This document shows, piece after piece, positions 9,962 to 19,805 of a DNA stretch of 64,000 nt. The translations under genes were made by a program, and so were the position numbers. This DNA is from Candidatus Saccharimonadales bacterium. GTDB taxonomy: Bacteria > Patescibacteriota > Saccharimonadia > Saccharimonadales > EFPC-124. Where the stretch lies: positions 16,055 through 80,054 of the forward strand of contig DATEFB010000026.1 of NCBI GenBank assembly GCA_035280845.1, written 5' to 3'. Within the stretch, counting starts at the first letter, position 1. Each line of letters starts with the position of its first letter. The notes under the pieces are model-generated. The model was not told the DNA's origin, searched no databases, and saw only the letters and a list, made by a program, of their open reading frames with translations.

Positions 9962-10054
9962 AGGTGCGCCCCTTTCAGGGATATCTCAAGTGCGCAGGGA
10001 TGCGAACTTAAGAGGTACTATACCATAAAAAAAGATTAATTCAAAACCCGACCT

Positions 10055-10570
10055 CTAGGGCTGCAGGCTGTTGGCCGGAGCCTGCAGGTTGCCGCCAGCA
10101 GTTTGAGGTGATTGTGCCTGCTGTTGTTGAGGTGTAGGCGCTGCCGTGCCCTGCTCGCCAAGCTGTTTTTGGATAACCTGTTGGATCGCCGGGTCGTCTT
10201 TAAAATCGTCCAACGACATGGGGATATTTTGTTTTTTTACATCTGTTACAGGAACGCTGGTGTCTGGGCGTTGGAGCACCCCGACAATGCCAACCACTAG
10301 GAATACGCCACCGGCCACAATCGCCAGGCGTTCAGCCAGGCCCAGGCTGCGGCGAGCTGGTGCTGGCAACGCTTCGGCAGCCGAGACTTCTGGCGTGCGG
10401 CGAACGCGCCTGGCTTCTATTTTAATTGCCCGTTCGGCGACCACCGCTTCGGGTGTTACTTCTGGAGCGGCTTGCGTAGCAGCCTTGGCTGCCTTTTGTT
10501 TCTGCGGACGTTTTTTAGCTACGTTCGCAGGTAATTTCTTACCGGTAGATGATTTCTTTCTGCGCGTCAT
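10055..10570 (-). CDS. membrane-anchored protein with Lys-rich N-terminus and Gln-rich C-terminus
   Basis: ORF 10055-10642 trimmed to MTRRKKSSTGKK (ATG at 10568-10570), which removes the overlap with the upstream gene. Single TM span LAIVAGGVFLVVGIVGVL. Confidence 0.6.
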   Translation of the reverse strand: MTRRKKSSTGKKLPANVAKKRPQKQKAAKAATQAAPEVTPEAVVAERAIKIEARRVRRTPEVSAAEALPAPARRSLGLAERLAIVAGGVFLVVGIVGVLQRPDTSVPVTDVKKQNIPMSLDDFKDDPAIQQVIQKQLGEQGTAAPTPQQQQAQSPQTAGGNLQAPANSLQP

Positions 10571-10577
10571 ATCCCTT

Positions 10578-11078
10578 CTATTGTAGCAGGTCGTGCGGAG
10601 CGACTTCGCGGCGGTGTTCGCGCACAATACCGCCGCTGGCACTGCGCTCTGTCACATTGACCCATGTGGCTTGGCGGGTGGCTTTGTATAGCCGCTGAGG
10701 CGAATCACCACTATAATCGCTTGGGGTAACGGGCTGCCTCCCCCACTTTTGGCGGTTGGCGTTTATGATTTTTAACGCCCCTTCCAGCCCGGTACCGCCA
10801 AGCTCTGCGGCCCGGCCTTGCATATACAGGCCGCCGCCCTGTTGCATTGAATCAAACAACACCACAAACACCCGTGGATCGCGGGCAATATTCTGGGAAT
10901 GCTGGGTGGCCGGTCCGCTGGCCCAGTAAAAGTTAAGGTCAGCGTCCCAGGTACTGAACACTGGCGAATTATGTGGGCTGCCATTTGCATTAACCGTTGC
11001 GATTGCCGCATGCCGCACCGTGCCCAGCAATTGCCTGGCCCGGGCGACGCGCTGTTGGTATGAGCCGTCTTGTTGCAT
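10578..11078 (-). CDS. pyridoxamine 5'-phosphate oxidase-family (FMN-binding split-barrel) protein
   Basis: 166 aa. Segment HAAIATVNANGSPHNSPV...FYWASGPATQHSQNIARDPRVFVVLFD resembles PNPOx-like proteins. Confidence 0.7.
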   Translation of the reverse strand: MQQDGSYQQRVARARQLLGTVRHAAIATVNANGSPHNSPVFSTWDADLNFYWASGPATQHSQNIARDPRVFVVLFDSMQQGGGLYMQGRAAELGGTGLEGALKIINANRQKWGRQPVTPSDYSGDSPQRLYKATRQATWVNVTERSASGGIVREHRREVAPHDLLQ

Positions 11079-11182
11079 GATGTAATTTTACTCTTTTTTT
11101 ACTACAGTAGCCGAATGTGAAAAAATCGTTATTTATTCCAAAGCTATTGTGCTTCGAGGGAACGAATGATATCGTTTGTCAC

Positions 11183-11404
11183 ATGTTGGGGATAGTTTAC
11201 GTGGTTATGATTATAATGATTGCCGTCGCGGTACGCGTATTCTTTAAGAAGGCCTGGATTGCCCAGTTAATCACTGGCGCCGGCCTCCTGCCCGCCCTTA
11301 TTTACTGCCTTATAACGCACAACTGGCTGTTGGCAGTCCCCCTCTTGCTGATTTGCGTTTCCGACCTGCGCTGGGCGCAGCGGAATTTTGCAATGCGGTT
11401 TTAG
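11183..11404 (+). CDS. small membrane protein (low-GC islet)
   Basis: ORF 11117-11404. ATG 11183 gives MLGIVYVVMIIMIAVAV... with 2-3 hydrophobic spans. AT-rich relative to neighbours. Start uncertain. Confidence 0.45.
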   Translation: MLGIVYVVMIIMIAVAVRVFFKKAWIAQLITGAGLLPALIYCLITHNWLLAVPLLLICVSDLRWAQRNFAMRF

Positions 11405-11462
11405 CGCAGGCTTCCTCATTGCTATAGATTGAAATCTGGGACGACAGTAGTAAAATAGCAGC

Positions 11463-11993
11463 ATGATAGCTGAAAAATTCCACATTATTGATGATTCTGG
11501 CATCAAATGGTGGATGTCTACCTACGATTCCAATCGAGCCCAGCCTTACTGTAGCGATCATAATATGCCGCTCCTCATTCCAGCTGAGAGAAGCCTGACT
11601 AGCCTTGCCTGCCCAGACTGCTCCGCACGCAAGCAGCTTCCCCGCTCGTGGCATGAACAGGAAAAATATGCAGCGCACAAGATACGATCAAAAGACATAG
11701 CAAAGGTTGATGTCATTGACCACAATGGGGTATTGACTCCAGTTGCAAAGGTTAAAGTGAGAGATACCGAATATAGCATCACCACGCAAATCATGGAATC
11801 TAAACATGGCCATCAAATAGTTATCTATGCAGGCAAAAAGGGCCACAAGAATTCACAAATCTTTGTCGACACAGATAATCACAAACTTGCTTTTGACCAT
11901 AAAGATACTAAGCCAACAGAGATATTTGCAAAAATCGAAGCGACCTTTAAAGACGGCACCAAGATGGTAATTGAAGCAGAGCCTAAAGCTTAA
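11463..11993 (+). CDS. hypothetical protein with N-terminal zinc-ribbon-like CxxH...CxxC (low-GC islet)
   Basis: 176 aa. PYCSDH...LACPDCSARK motif. Lys-rich beta-type C-terminus. 4-nt convergent overlap with polA. Confidence 0.6.
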   Translation: MIAEKFHIIDDSGIKWWMSTYDSNRAQPYCSDHNMPLLIPAERSLTSLACPDCSARKQLPRSWHEQEKYAAHKIRSKDIAKVDVIDHNGVLTPVAKVKVRDTEYSITTQIMESKHGHQIVIYAGKKGHKNSQIFVDTDNHKLAFDHKDTKPTEIFAKIEATFKDGTKMVIEAEPKA

Positions 11994-14542
11994 AGCTCAC
12001 CCCAGTTCGCCCCCGTCTTCACATCCACCTTCAACTTCACTGGCAGCTCGTAAATGCCTTCCATTGTCTCTTTTAAGAGAGTACTCACCTTCTCGGCGTT
12101 GGCGGTTGGCGTCTCTACCAAAATGCTGTCATGCACCTGCAAGATCTGTTGACCCAGGCCCTCGAGCACCTCTTCTACTTTAATCATGGCAAGCTTCATA
12201 AGGTCGGCTTCGGTGCCCTGGATTGGCATGTTAATGGCGGCTCGTTTGGCAGCTTCGCGCACGGCAAAGTTGCTAGATTTTAAGTCAGGAGTCGGTCTGC
12301 GGCGGCCAAAAATCGTCTCGACATAGCCGTCAATCTCGGCGCGCTTAATGATTTTTTCCATGTAGTTGCGGATTGGCGCACGCAGTTCGAAGTACTTGGT
12401 AATGAATTCTTTTGCCTCACCAAAAGTCATACCGGTCGCAACGGCCAAACCGTGTGGACTCATGCCATACAACACGCCAAAGTTCACAGTTTTGGCACGG
12501 GAGCGCTGGGCTTTGGTAACTTCTTCCAGAGGCACGCCGTATACTTCGGCGGCGGTGCGTACATGAATGTCTTCGTCTTTGTTAAAACTCTCCAGCAAAT
12601 CTTTATCGTCAGCCATAACAGCGGCCAAGCGCAGCTCGAACTGGCTGTAGTCGGCGCTCACAAACACATTACCTGGCGCGGGCACAAAGGCTTGGCGGAT
12701 TGCCTGCCCAATCTCGGACCGGGTTGGAATGTTCTGTAGGTTCGGGTTGGTCGAGCTTAACCGGCCGGTCGCAGCGCCATCCAGGTTAAAGGTGGTGTGC
12801 AGTTTGCCTTGGGCGTCCACCAGCTTAGGCAGCGAGTCGATATAGGTACTTTTAAGCTTGGTGTATTCGCGGTATTGGGTAATGAGGTCAATGACCGGAT
12901 GCAAGCCACGCAACTTATCCAGCTCGGCCGCGCCGGTTGAATAGCCGGTCTTCCCTTTTTTCACCCCTTGCGTTGGCAGGCTCAACTTTTCGAACAAAAT
13001 TGTGGCTAGCTGTGTGGGGGAACTTATGTTAAATTCCTGTCCGGCGAGCTCGTGGATTTTGGCTTCAAATTCAGCAATGCGTTCGGCAAATTTGGTGCCC
13101 ATGTTGTTTAGGAATTCGCTGTTGAGGGTGATGCCCCGGTGCTCAATAAGCGCCAGTAACTTGATTGCTGGGAAGTCTAGGTCAGTGGCAACCTTCTGCA
13201 GTTTTGGCAGTTGGTCGAACTGGGCTTTTTGGTCGGTGTAGGCCTCCCAAATACTTGGCAGCACCTGGTGCGGGTCGGCCATGTCGAGCGTCATGCCACG
13301 CAGGTCAGACAGCTCTCGGGCACGCTCCAGCGAGTTTAGAATAAACGCCGCCACATGCGTGTCATGGGCCACGTCGCCCGGCCAGTCAGTGCCCTCGGCC
13401 AGCAGCGCCCGAAGCGCAGTCTTAAGGTTGTGCCCAATAATCGGACCGTTCGATAATGTTTTGAGCGCCTCGGCGGCGGCCCCTTCGCCCAACGTAATAC
13501 GCGAATAGGTACCCTCTGTAGGACTCGCCCATAATTCACTACCCTCGGGATTCAAGGCGATAACGCGCGGGGCATCGGCAACAAAGTCGGCAGCGTTAAA
13601 CGGCTGCTCTTTGGTAAATGGCAGTTCGCGGCGCTCCACGTTTTCTTCGGCGATAGCCAGCTGCGCAGGCGTTAGCGCGGATTCTACCTGGCGCAACAAT
13701 GCGCGGAACTCGAGCTTACGAAGCATCGCCACAAATTCAGGCGTCACGCCGTCCTTTAATTTGGCCTCGCTCAGGTCCAGCGTAATGGGCGCGTCCACCA
13801 TTAAGGTCACCAGCTTCTGGCTCAAGTACGCCATGTCCTTGTTGGCTTCGAGTTTCTTTTTGACGGCCGGTTTAATAAGTTCGATGTTTTCGTACACGCC
13901 ATCGAGCGTTTTGTATTCTTTAATCAAATCAAGCGCGGTTTTTTCGCCAATACCGGCCACACCTGGGATGTTGTCGGACGAATCGCCCTTCAGCGCCTTT
14001 ACGTCACACCATTGGTGCGGGCCGACGCCATATTTCTCTTGGAAGCTTGCCAGGTTAAACAACTCAATGTTACTGAAACCTTTTTTGAGCGTGTAAATGT
14101 GGGTGTGGGCGTTCACCAACTGCAGTACATCGAGGTCAGAGGTAACCAGGTAACTCTCGATCCCCTTCTCGCCGGCCTGCTTGGCAAAAGCGCCCATAAT
14201 GTCGTCAGCTTCGTAGTCGTCGATCTCGTACAGTGGCCAGCCTAACGACGCCAGCAAATCCTGCAGGATCGGAATCTGCTCGTAAAAATCTGGCGGTGCA
14301 GGCTTACGGTTGCCTTTGTATTCTGGGTATAGCTCCAGCCGGGAACGGATGTTGGTCTTGGCCTTGTCCCACGCCACGCACACGTAATTGGGTTTTAACT
14401 TCTTAACGATCTCGAGCGCCATGGTTGCAAAACCGTACACGCCACCAGTTGGCGTGCCGTCTTTGGTGCTGAGGTTAGGCATGGCGTAGTAGCCACGATA
14501 AAAAACTGACTTGCCGTCGATGATAACTAAGCGCTCACTCAT
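11990..14542 (-). CDS. polA: DNA polymerase I
   Basis: 850 aa. N-terminal 5'-3' exonuclease region. Family A motifs ADYSQFELRLAA, KTVNFGVLYGMS and QVHDSILVE. Confidence 0.95.
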   Translation of the reverse strand: MSERLVIIDGKSVFYRGYYAMPNLSTKDGTPTGGVYGFATMALEIVKKLKPNYVCVAWDKAKTNIRSRLELYPEYKGNRKPAPPDFYEQIPILQDLLASLGWPLYEIDDYEADDIMGAFAKQAGEKGIESYLVTSDLDVLQLVNAHTHIYTLKKGFSNIELFNLASFQEKYGVGPHQWCDVKALKGDSSDNIPGVAGIGEKTALDLIKEYKTLDGVYENIELIKPAVKKKLEANKDMAYLSQKLVTLMVDAPITLDLSEAKLKDGVTPEFVAMLRKLEFRALLRQVESALTPAQLAIAEENVERRELPFTKEQPFNAADFVADAPRVIALNPEGSELWASPTEGTYSRITLGEGAAAEALKTLSNGPIIGHNLKTALRALLAEGTDWPGDVAHDTHVAAFILNSLERARELSDLRGMTLDMADPHQVLPSIWEAYTDQKAQFDQLPKLQKVATDLDFPAIKLLALIEHRGITLNSEFLNNMGTKFAERIAEFEAKIHELAGQEFNISSPTQLATILFEKLSLPTQGVKKGKTGYSTGAAELDKLRGLHPVIDLITQYREYTKLKSTYIDSLPKLVDAQGKLHTTFNLDGAATGRLSSTNPNLQNIPTRSEIGQAIRQAFVPAPGNVFVSADYSQFELRLAAVMADDKDLLESFNKDEDIHVRTAAEVYGVPLEEVTKAQRSRAKTVNFGVLYGMSPHGLAVATGMTFGEAKEFITKYFELRAPIRNYMEKIIKRAEIDGYVETIFGRRRPTPDLKSSNFAVREAAKRAAINMPIQGTEADLMKLAMIKVEEVLEGLGQQILQVHDSILVETPTANAEKVSTLLKETMEGIYELPVKLKVDVKTGANWGEL

Positions 14543-14575
14543 ACACCCCAGTATACACGGCCTTCCCGGAGAGCG

Positions 14576-15580
14576 TTACTCCTTTGAATCGGGACTTCCG
14601 CCAAGCCTGTCTACTACTATGTGGCCCATCTCGCGCGGGCCGTACCCGGGTTCCTGCCAGGGCATGCGCTCTGGGACCGCGCCCGGCCGAACTGGTTTGG
14701 CCAGCGAGCTGAGTGCAACTTTGACATCAGTCATAATGTTCACGGGTTCGGCGTGAGTGTTCGGATCCACAGCAACGGCAATGTCCCCTCCAACTACCGC
14801 CTGGGGTGAGATAATAAAACCAGGGTCGGGCGGCAATTCGCCCTCAGGCTGCTTCTTTCGTGATTTCCGTTTTGCCATGGCTGTCGGTGGTTTTTCTGAC
14901 TCTTCACTACTCAGAAGCCGGCTGAGCGCACGCATCGCCCGTGTCGTCAGCCCCTTTACTGCGCCCTGTTCGCGGCCCATGGCTTCGGCGGTTTCTTGGA
15001 CCGAACGTTCCTCGAAGTAGCGCAGTATCACCGCGTCCCTTTGGTCTGGAGTAAGGCTGCCCACCGCTCGCAGCAATTCTTCCCGTCTTACTCTGGCCAG
15101 GGCCACTTTTTCGGGATCGCCGAGGCGCGAGGCGTCAGGACGATAATGAATCGCGGTGTCATCAAGGCCATTTACGACGCGCTGGTGGTAGGCAGATTTG
15201 ACGTAATCGTACGAAATATTTACGGCAATCACGCGGAGCCACGCACCCATATCCTTACCTTGCCAGGTCACATTGCCGGCAGATTTAAAGGCGCGAACAA
15301 ACACGTCGGCAGCCAGGTCGTCGGCAAGTTGCGGATCGCGGCCGACCCGGAAAAAAATCACCTTCCGAACTTCATCGTGGTACCGATTGTAAAACTGGGC
15401 AAACGCAGCGTCAGCCTCACGCCTCTCTTGGTCGGTTGCGTCGTCGGTGCGGCCCCGTTGGATCGCCTGCATGATGCGCCAGGACTCTTCGGCTCTGGTA
15501 CGCTCAAACTCATCATCAACCTGGCTCTCGGACAAGTCGAATTCGGGTGCTTCGTGGGGCTCTTTGGTGCGGCGGTCCAT
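14576..15580 (-). CDS. sigma-70 family (ECF-like) RNA polymerase sigma factor with ~110-aa C-terminal extension
   Basis: Region 2 (DDLAADVFVRAF) and region 4 HTH (LTPDQRDAVILRYFEERSVQETAEAMGREQGAVKGLTTRAMRAL). Acidic N-terminal leader and a long unrelated C-terminal tail. Confidence 0.85.
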   Translation of the reverse strand: MDRRTKEPHEAPEFDLSESQVDDEFERTRAEESWRIMQAIQRGRTDDATDQERREADAAFAQFYNRYHDEVRKVIFFRVGRDPQLADDLAADVFVRAFKSAGNVTWQGKDMGAWLRVIAVNISYDYVKSAYHQRVVNGLDDTAIHYRPDASRLGDPEKVALARVRREELLRAVGSLTPDQRDAVILRYFEERSVQETAEAMGREQGAVKGLTTRAMRALSRLLSSEESEKPPTAMAKRKSRKKQPEGELPPDPGFIISPQAVVGGDIAVAVDPNTHAEPVNIMTDVKVALSSLAKPVRPGAVPERMPWQEPGYGPREMGHIVVDRLGGSPDSKE

Positions 15581-15623
15581 AGTAAACCATGTAATACCAC
15601 ATTAGTCAGGTTATAACAATGTC

Positions 15624-16301
15624 TTATTGCGTATCTGTGAGCTTGCGGCTGCGAACGTACACCAGCAGTACCAGATTGAGCAGGCTAAAATTATAAAGGA
15701 AATCTTCGAATGGGATAGTGCCAACGCGCCAGCCAGTCATCACCGGCTCGTTATATACAACAACCGGCGCTGCAGTCAGAACCGAATTGCACACAATAAA
15801 CAGCAGAATGACTACCCCGTTCCAATACCACCACGCTTTTTGACGCACCAGTGGCGTGCCCCACAAGGCGACGGCGGTAAGCACCGTGATTCCTGCGTCG
15901 ATAAGCGTCCGCTGGCGGTCCGCGAACACAGCGGCAAGCACCAGGCACGCAGCAATAATGGCACCAAGCAGCCAGCGCGGGGCGGCTACGGGCAATCGCC
16001 CCTTGTACCTGCTCTCGAGCACATGCCACACAACCATACAGGCAAACGGCACGGTAAAGAAAAAGGCTAGCTCTTCGAGCGGCAGGCCAATGAGCCGGGG
16101 CCCGGTAATAAACTCCTGGTTATATGACCACCAACCACTGGCGTGAGAGGCGGCATCCAGCACAATCCAGGTCAGTGAGATCATAAAGAAACTCAGCAGC
16201 AATGCGCGCCAATGCCGCCAAAAATCCCGAAACCACACCAGTGTCACTGCCAGCGGGCCGGCCACAATAGCCAGGTTAAAAACTGCGTAGAGCCAGCGCA
16301 T
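15624..16301 (-). CDS. lycopene cyclase domain protein (fused CrtYc/Yd type)
   Basis: 225-aa polytopic membrane protein with two PxE(E/D) motifs (GLPLEELAFF, TIPFEDFLYN). ATGA overlap with crtB. Confidence 0.8.
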   Translation of the reverse strand: MRWLYAVFNLAIVAGPLAVTLVWFRDFWRHWRALLLSFFMISLTWIVLDAASHASGWWSYNQEFITGPRLIGLPLEELAFFFTVPFACMVVWHVLESRYKGRLPVAAPRWLLGAIIAACLVLAAVFADRQRTLIDAGITVLTAVALWGTPLVRQKAWWYWNGVVILLFIVCNSVLTAAPVVVYNEPVMTGWRVGTIPFEDFLYNFSLLNLVLLVYVRSRKLTDTQ

Positions 16302-17146
16302 CAGTCAAAAATATGCCCGGCCGCCGAAACAACGAGTCGCGCGCGGCTTGGTTTTACCTTGCGGCCAAAAACAATGAGCGGGTCTTTGGCAATCGTGCGG
16401 GCAGTGTACGTGTATCCGTCGCTGGCTGTGGCGACCGCAACACGTGCGCGGCGTGGCAGGTAAGCAAAGCCTTCGGAGGCCTGCTTCTGCCAATCGTTAT
16501 AGCGGGCAATCTGAAGACGCATGAATTCAGTAAATGCCTCTGGTTGTTTTTGTGCAGTAGCTTCCTTGAGGTCTTTTAATCCAAAGTGCTTCAGGTCTTC
16601 TTGCGGAAAATAACAGCGGCCAAGGGCGTTGTCTTCGGCGACATCACGCACAAAATTGATCCACTGCATTGCCCGCCCCTGCAACCGCGCTGTTTCGTAT
16701 GACTCCTTTGGCAGGCGAAGGAGCGCGGCCATCATGAGACCAATTACTTCTGCAGACCCATACACGTACTGAAGGCTGTCGTCCAATGTCTTATATTTTT
16801 TTGGCTGAGCGTCGTGCAACATCGACACCAGGAAGGCGTCCACCCATTCAACATTGAACCCATAGATAATCTTGAGGCGGGCGATATTTTTGGTAACCCG
16901 CAGGTTGAGCTCGTCCTGGTCGCTCGCTTCAAGCTCGCGCATGGGGGCGTCGCCCAACCGTTGCCATATAGCAATAAGGTCGTTAAGCTGGCCAATGCGC
17001 TGCGGCGTTTCGTCGACGTAGTCATCGGCTGTGCGGACAAAGCTATATAACCGCGTGACATCCTGCCGCTGCTGGACGCCAAAAAACAGGCTGCTCGTAA
17101 AATACGTAGTGCTCCCCTGTCGAAAAATCGCCTCATCCGTATTCAT
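16301..17146 (-). CDS. crtB: phytoene synthase
   Basis: Asp-rich motifs ADDYVDE and RDVAEDNALGRCYFP. 281 aa. Confidence 0.9.
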   Translation of the reverse strand: MNTDEAIFRQGSTTYFTSSLFFGVQQRQDVTRLYSFVRTADDYVDETPQRIGQLNDLIAIWQRLGDAPMRELEASDQDELNLRVTKNIARLKIIYGFNVEWVDAFLVSMLHDAQPKKYKTLDDSLQYVYGSAEVIGLMMAALLRLPKESYETARLQGRAMQWINFVRDVAEDNALGRCYFPQEDLKHFGLKDLKEATAQKQPEAFTEFMRLQIARYNDWQKQASEGFAYLPRRARVAVATASDGYTYTARTIAKDPLIVFGRKVKPSRARLVVSAAGHIFD

Positions 17147-17148
17147 AG

Positions 17149-18606
17149 TTATTTACTGTAGCGCATCAGGGCGTTAGCCGCCACTTGTCCCGAGAGCACG
17201 ACCAGCGACACCCCTGTGCCAGGGTTAGTCATTTGGCCTGCAAAGTACAGGTTGCTTACCTTTTTGCTGCGGATGCGAGGACGCAATGGACCGCTTTGGG
17301 CGCGGGTGTGCGCCAGTCCAAAGCTGTTACCGCGAAAGGCGTTAAAGGTTTCGGTAAAGTATTCGCGGCCCAAAATGTGCCTGTGGACAATGTTCGCCTT
17401 GAACTGCCGGCCAGTCTGGTGTTCAATGCGGTCGATGGCGTGGTCGACAATCGTGTCATATGCATGGGCAGGATGTTCGGCATTCGTCACCGGAATCAGA
17501 ATGAACACATTTTCGTGCCCCTCAGGCGCAACACTGGGGTCTGTCTGAGATGGTGCGCAGGCATAAAAGAGCGGCTGGTCGTGTAGACGCCCTTGGTCGA
17601 ATACCGCCTGGAAGTTATCATCCCAGGGCGCATCGAAGAACAGGTTATGATGCGCTAATGGCAAGCGTTGCTTTATGCCAAGTGTGGCAATGATACCCGA
17701 GGGTGACATAGTGCGGCTTTGCCAGTACTTTTCGGAGTAGCTACGCGCCTGCGGCTCAAGCAGGTCGGCTTCGACGTGATGGTAATCGGCATTTGCCACA
17801 ACCGCATCAACTGAGTGTTCAACACCCAATACCCGAACGGCAGTGGCTTTGCCATCTTTGATTAGAATGTGTTCAACCGGAGCGTTATATGTGATTGCGA
17901 CGCCTTGCTCGCGTGCCAAAGATTCGAAGGCTCTCGCCACAGCACCAAACCCTCCCATGGGGTAGTGCGTTCGCAGGCCAAAGTCGACCCAGCTCAATAG
18001 ACTGTACAGCGCCGGGATATTGCTGGGTGACCCACCCATGAATACCACCATAAACTCCAGAATTTTCTGCAGCCGCGGGTCGTGCACATATTTGGCAATC
18101 CGGCCATGGTAGGTCTGTTCGAGCTCGGGGTTCAGGAGCATCTTCAAGGCCGCTGGTTGCAACAGTTGTTTCACATCCAGGCCTTCGGATTGCAGCAGTT
18201 GCGAACGCACAAGTTCATATTCGCGCTTGGTCTTGCCGAGCAGCTCGCCCAGACGCTCACCCGCCCCAGGTTCCAGGGTGTCAAAATCTTTGTACGCCGC
18301 GGGTGCTGGGTGAATGTCTAGTGGGCCGTCATCAAAATACGCGCGGTAGCTGGGTATAATTTCGCGTAGCTCGTAATAATCACTCGGTTGCTTGTCAAAG
18401 CGGGCAAAGAATTCCTCGTAAATATCAGGCATTAAATACCAGCTGGGACCGAGGTCGAAGGTAAACCCGTCATCGGTGGTGAGCACACGTGCCCGGCCGC
18501 CGGGCTGGTCGTTCTTTTCAAACACAATCACCTCATGACCGGCCTGCGCCAGGACCGCAGCAGCGCTCAAACCTCCAAACCCTGCACCAATAACAGCTAT
18601 CTTCAT
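17149..18606 (-). CDS. crtI: phytoene desaturase
   Basis: N-terminal FAD fold MKIAVIGAGFGGLSAAAVLAQAGHEVIVFEKNDQPGGRA. 485 aa. C-terminal NLYFAGQMTNPGTG. Confidence 0.9.
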   Translation of the reverse strand: MKIAVIGAGFGGLSAAAVLAQAGHEVIVFEKNDQPGGRARVLTTDDGFTFDLGPSWYLMPDIYEEFFARFDKQPSDYYELREIIPSYRAYFDDGPLDIHPAPAAYKDFDTLEPGAGERLGELLGKTKREYELVRSQLLQSEGLDVKQLLQPAALKMLLNPELEQTYHGRIAKYVHDPRLQKILEFMVVFMGGSPSNIPALYSLLSWVDFGLRTHYPMGGFGAVARAFESLAREQGVAITYNAPVEHILIKDGKATAVRVLGVEHSVDAVVANADYHHVEADLLEPQARSYSEKYWQSRTMSPSGIIATLGIKQRLPLAHHNLFFDAPWDDNFQAVFDQGRLHDQPLFYACAPSQTDPSVAPEGHENVFILIPVTNAEHPAHAYDTIVDHAIDRIEHQTGRQFKANIVHRHILGREYFTETFNAFRGNSFGLAHTRAQSGPLRPRIRSKKVSNLYFAGQMTNPGTGVSLVVLSGQVAANALMRYSK

Positions 18607-18648
18607 CTCTTTCTATAATACTCTGCAATGCAACCGATGCAGTAACCA

Positions 18649-19740
18649 CTAGCCCTTGCGGTCAACAATGTACTGCGCAAGCTCCGTAAGAAAGACGATG
18701 CCTTTGGGCTGCCACTGTGGATCTGCGCCGTCCAAGGCAGTCATGGCCAGTTTGCTGTGCTGAGCCGCCAGCTCGTAGGCATAGGCCAATGCCCCCGATT
18801 CCACAATAATTGTTTTACACTCCTGATACTGGGCATCCGTGAGCTCATGGTTTCCCAAATGCTCAAGCAGCCGTTCGCGCTGGGCCGGCTGGGCTTGTGC
18901 AAGTGCCCGGGCAACAAGCAGGGTTATTTTGCCTTCGCGCAGGTCATCCTTTGTGCTTTTGCCGCTTTTTGATTCATCGCCAAATGTGCCCAAAATATCA
19001 TCGGCCACCTGGAATGCCAGCCCCGCATGTATGCCGTAATCGTGCAAGCAACCCAACGTATCCTTAGGGGCACCGGCGGCAACTGCGCCCACGGTCAGCG
19101 GACTGATAAACGAATAATGCGCCGTCTTCCAGGTCAGCATGCGCCGCACCTGCTCTTCACCGACATCCTGCGCCGCTTCGCCGAATATGTCATTCACCTG
19201 GCCAAAGCCTGTCACTACCATGGAGCGGTTAATGATCTCGAGTATGGATGCCCGTGCCTCGGCCGGCAGAGCACTCTTGGCCACCTCCTCCATTGCTGTG
19301 TGCGCCCCCACAAACGCCGAAAGCCCGGCGACTGCTTCGCCAAAATGCAGGCTGTCGCCGCGCCAACCCCTTTGAGTATGCAGGTCACGCATCATAACAT
19401 GGGCAGTTGGACCGCCGCGCCGGGTAGCTGAATAATCGTAAATGTCATCCAGAATCAGTAAGTAAGCCTGTAGCATCTCGACAGCTACAGCAACTGGCAA
19501 TACCACTTCGAGGTCTTTGCCGCCGCACATCTGGTACGACGACAGCACGAGCGATCCACGAAGCCGCTTGCCGCCTCTATCCAGAATTGATGTATAGGCG
19601 TGGATGGTCTGGCTGGAATAATCGCCAAAATCCTGCTGCGCTTTTTGCTCTAGCCGCTGGCACAAGGCCGCAATACGGGGCTCGAGCAATTCTTTGTAAG
19701 CGGCCAATTGCGTTTCGAAGGTCGTGGTCGCGGGCGTCAT
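18649..19740 (-). CDS. crtE: polyprenyl (geranylgeranyl) diphosphate synthase
   Basis: First Asp-rich motif LILDDIYDYS and second FQVADDILG. 363 aa. First gene of the crt block. Confidence 0.85.
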   Translation of the reverse strand: MTPATTTFETQLAAYKELLEPRIAALCQRLEQKAQQDFGDYSSQTIHAYTSILDRGGKRLRGSLVLSSYQMCGGKDLEVVLPVAVAVEMLQAYLLILDDIYDYSATRRGGPTAHVMMRDLHTQRGWRGDSLHFGEAVAGLSAFVGAHTAMEEVAKSALPAEARASILEIINRSMVVTGFGQVNDIFGEAAQDVGEEQVRRMLTWKTAHYSFISPLTVGAVAAGAPKDTLGCLHDYGIHAGLAFQVADDILGTFGDESKSGKSTKDDLREGKITLLVARALAQAQPAQRERLLEHLGNHELTDAQYQECKTIIVESGALAYAYELAAQHSKLAMTALDGADPQWQPKGIVFLTELAQYIVDRKG

Positions 19741-19805
19741 ATGTTCTAATTATACGCGAGCAACAGTTTACATGCCACTGTTCACTCCTGTATACTGGCG
19801 GTGAA

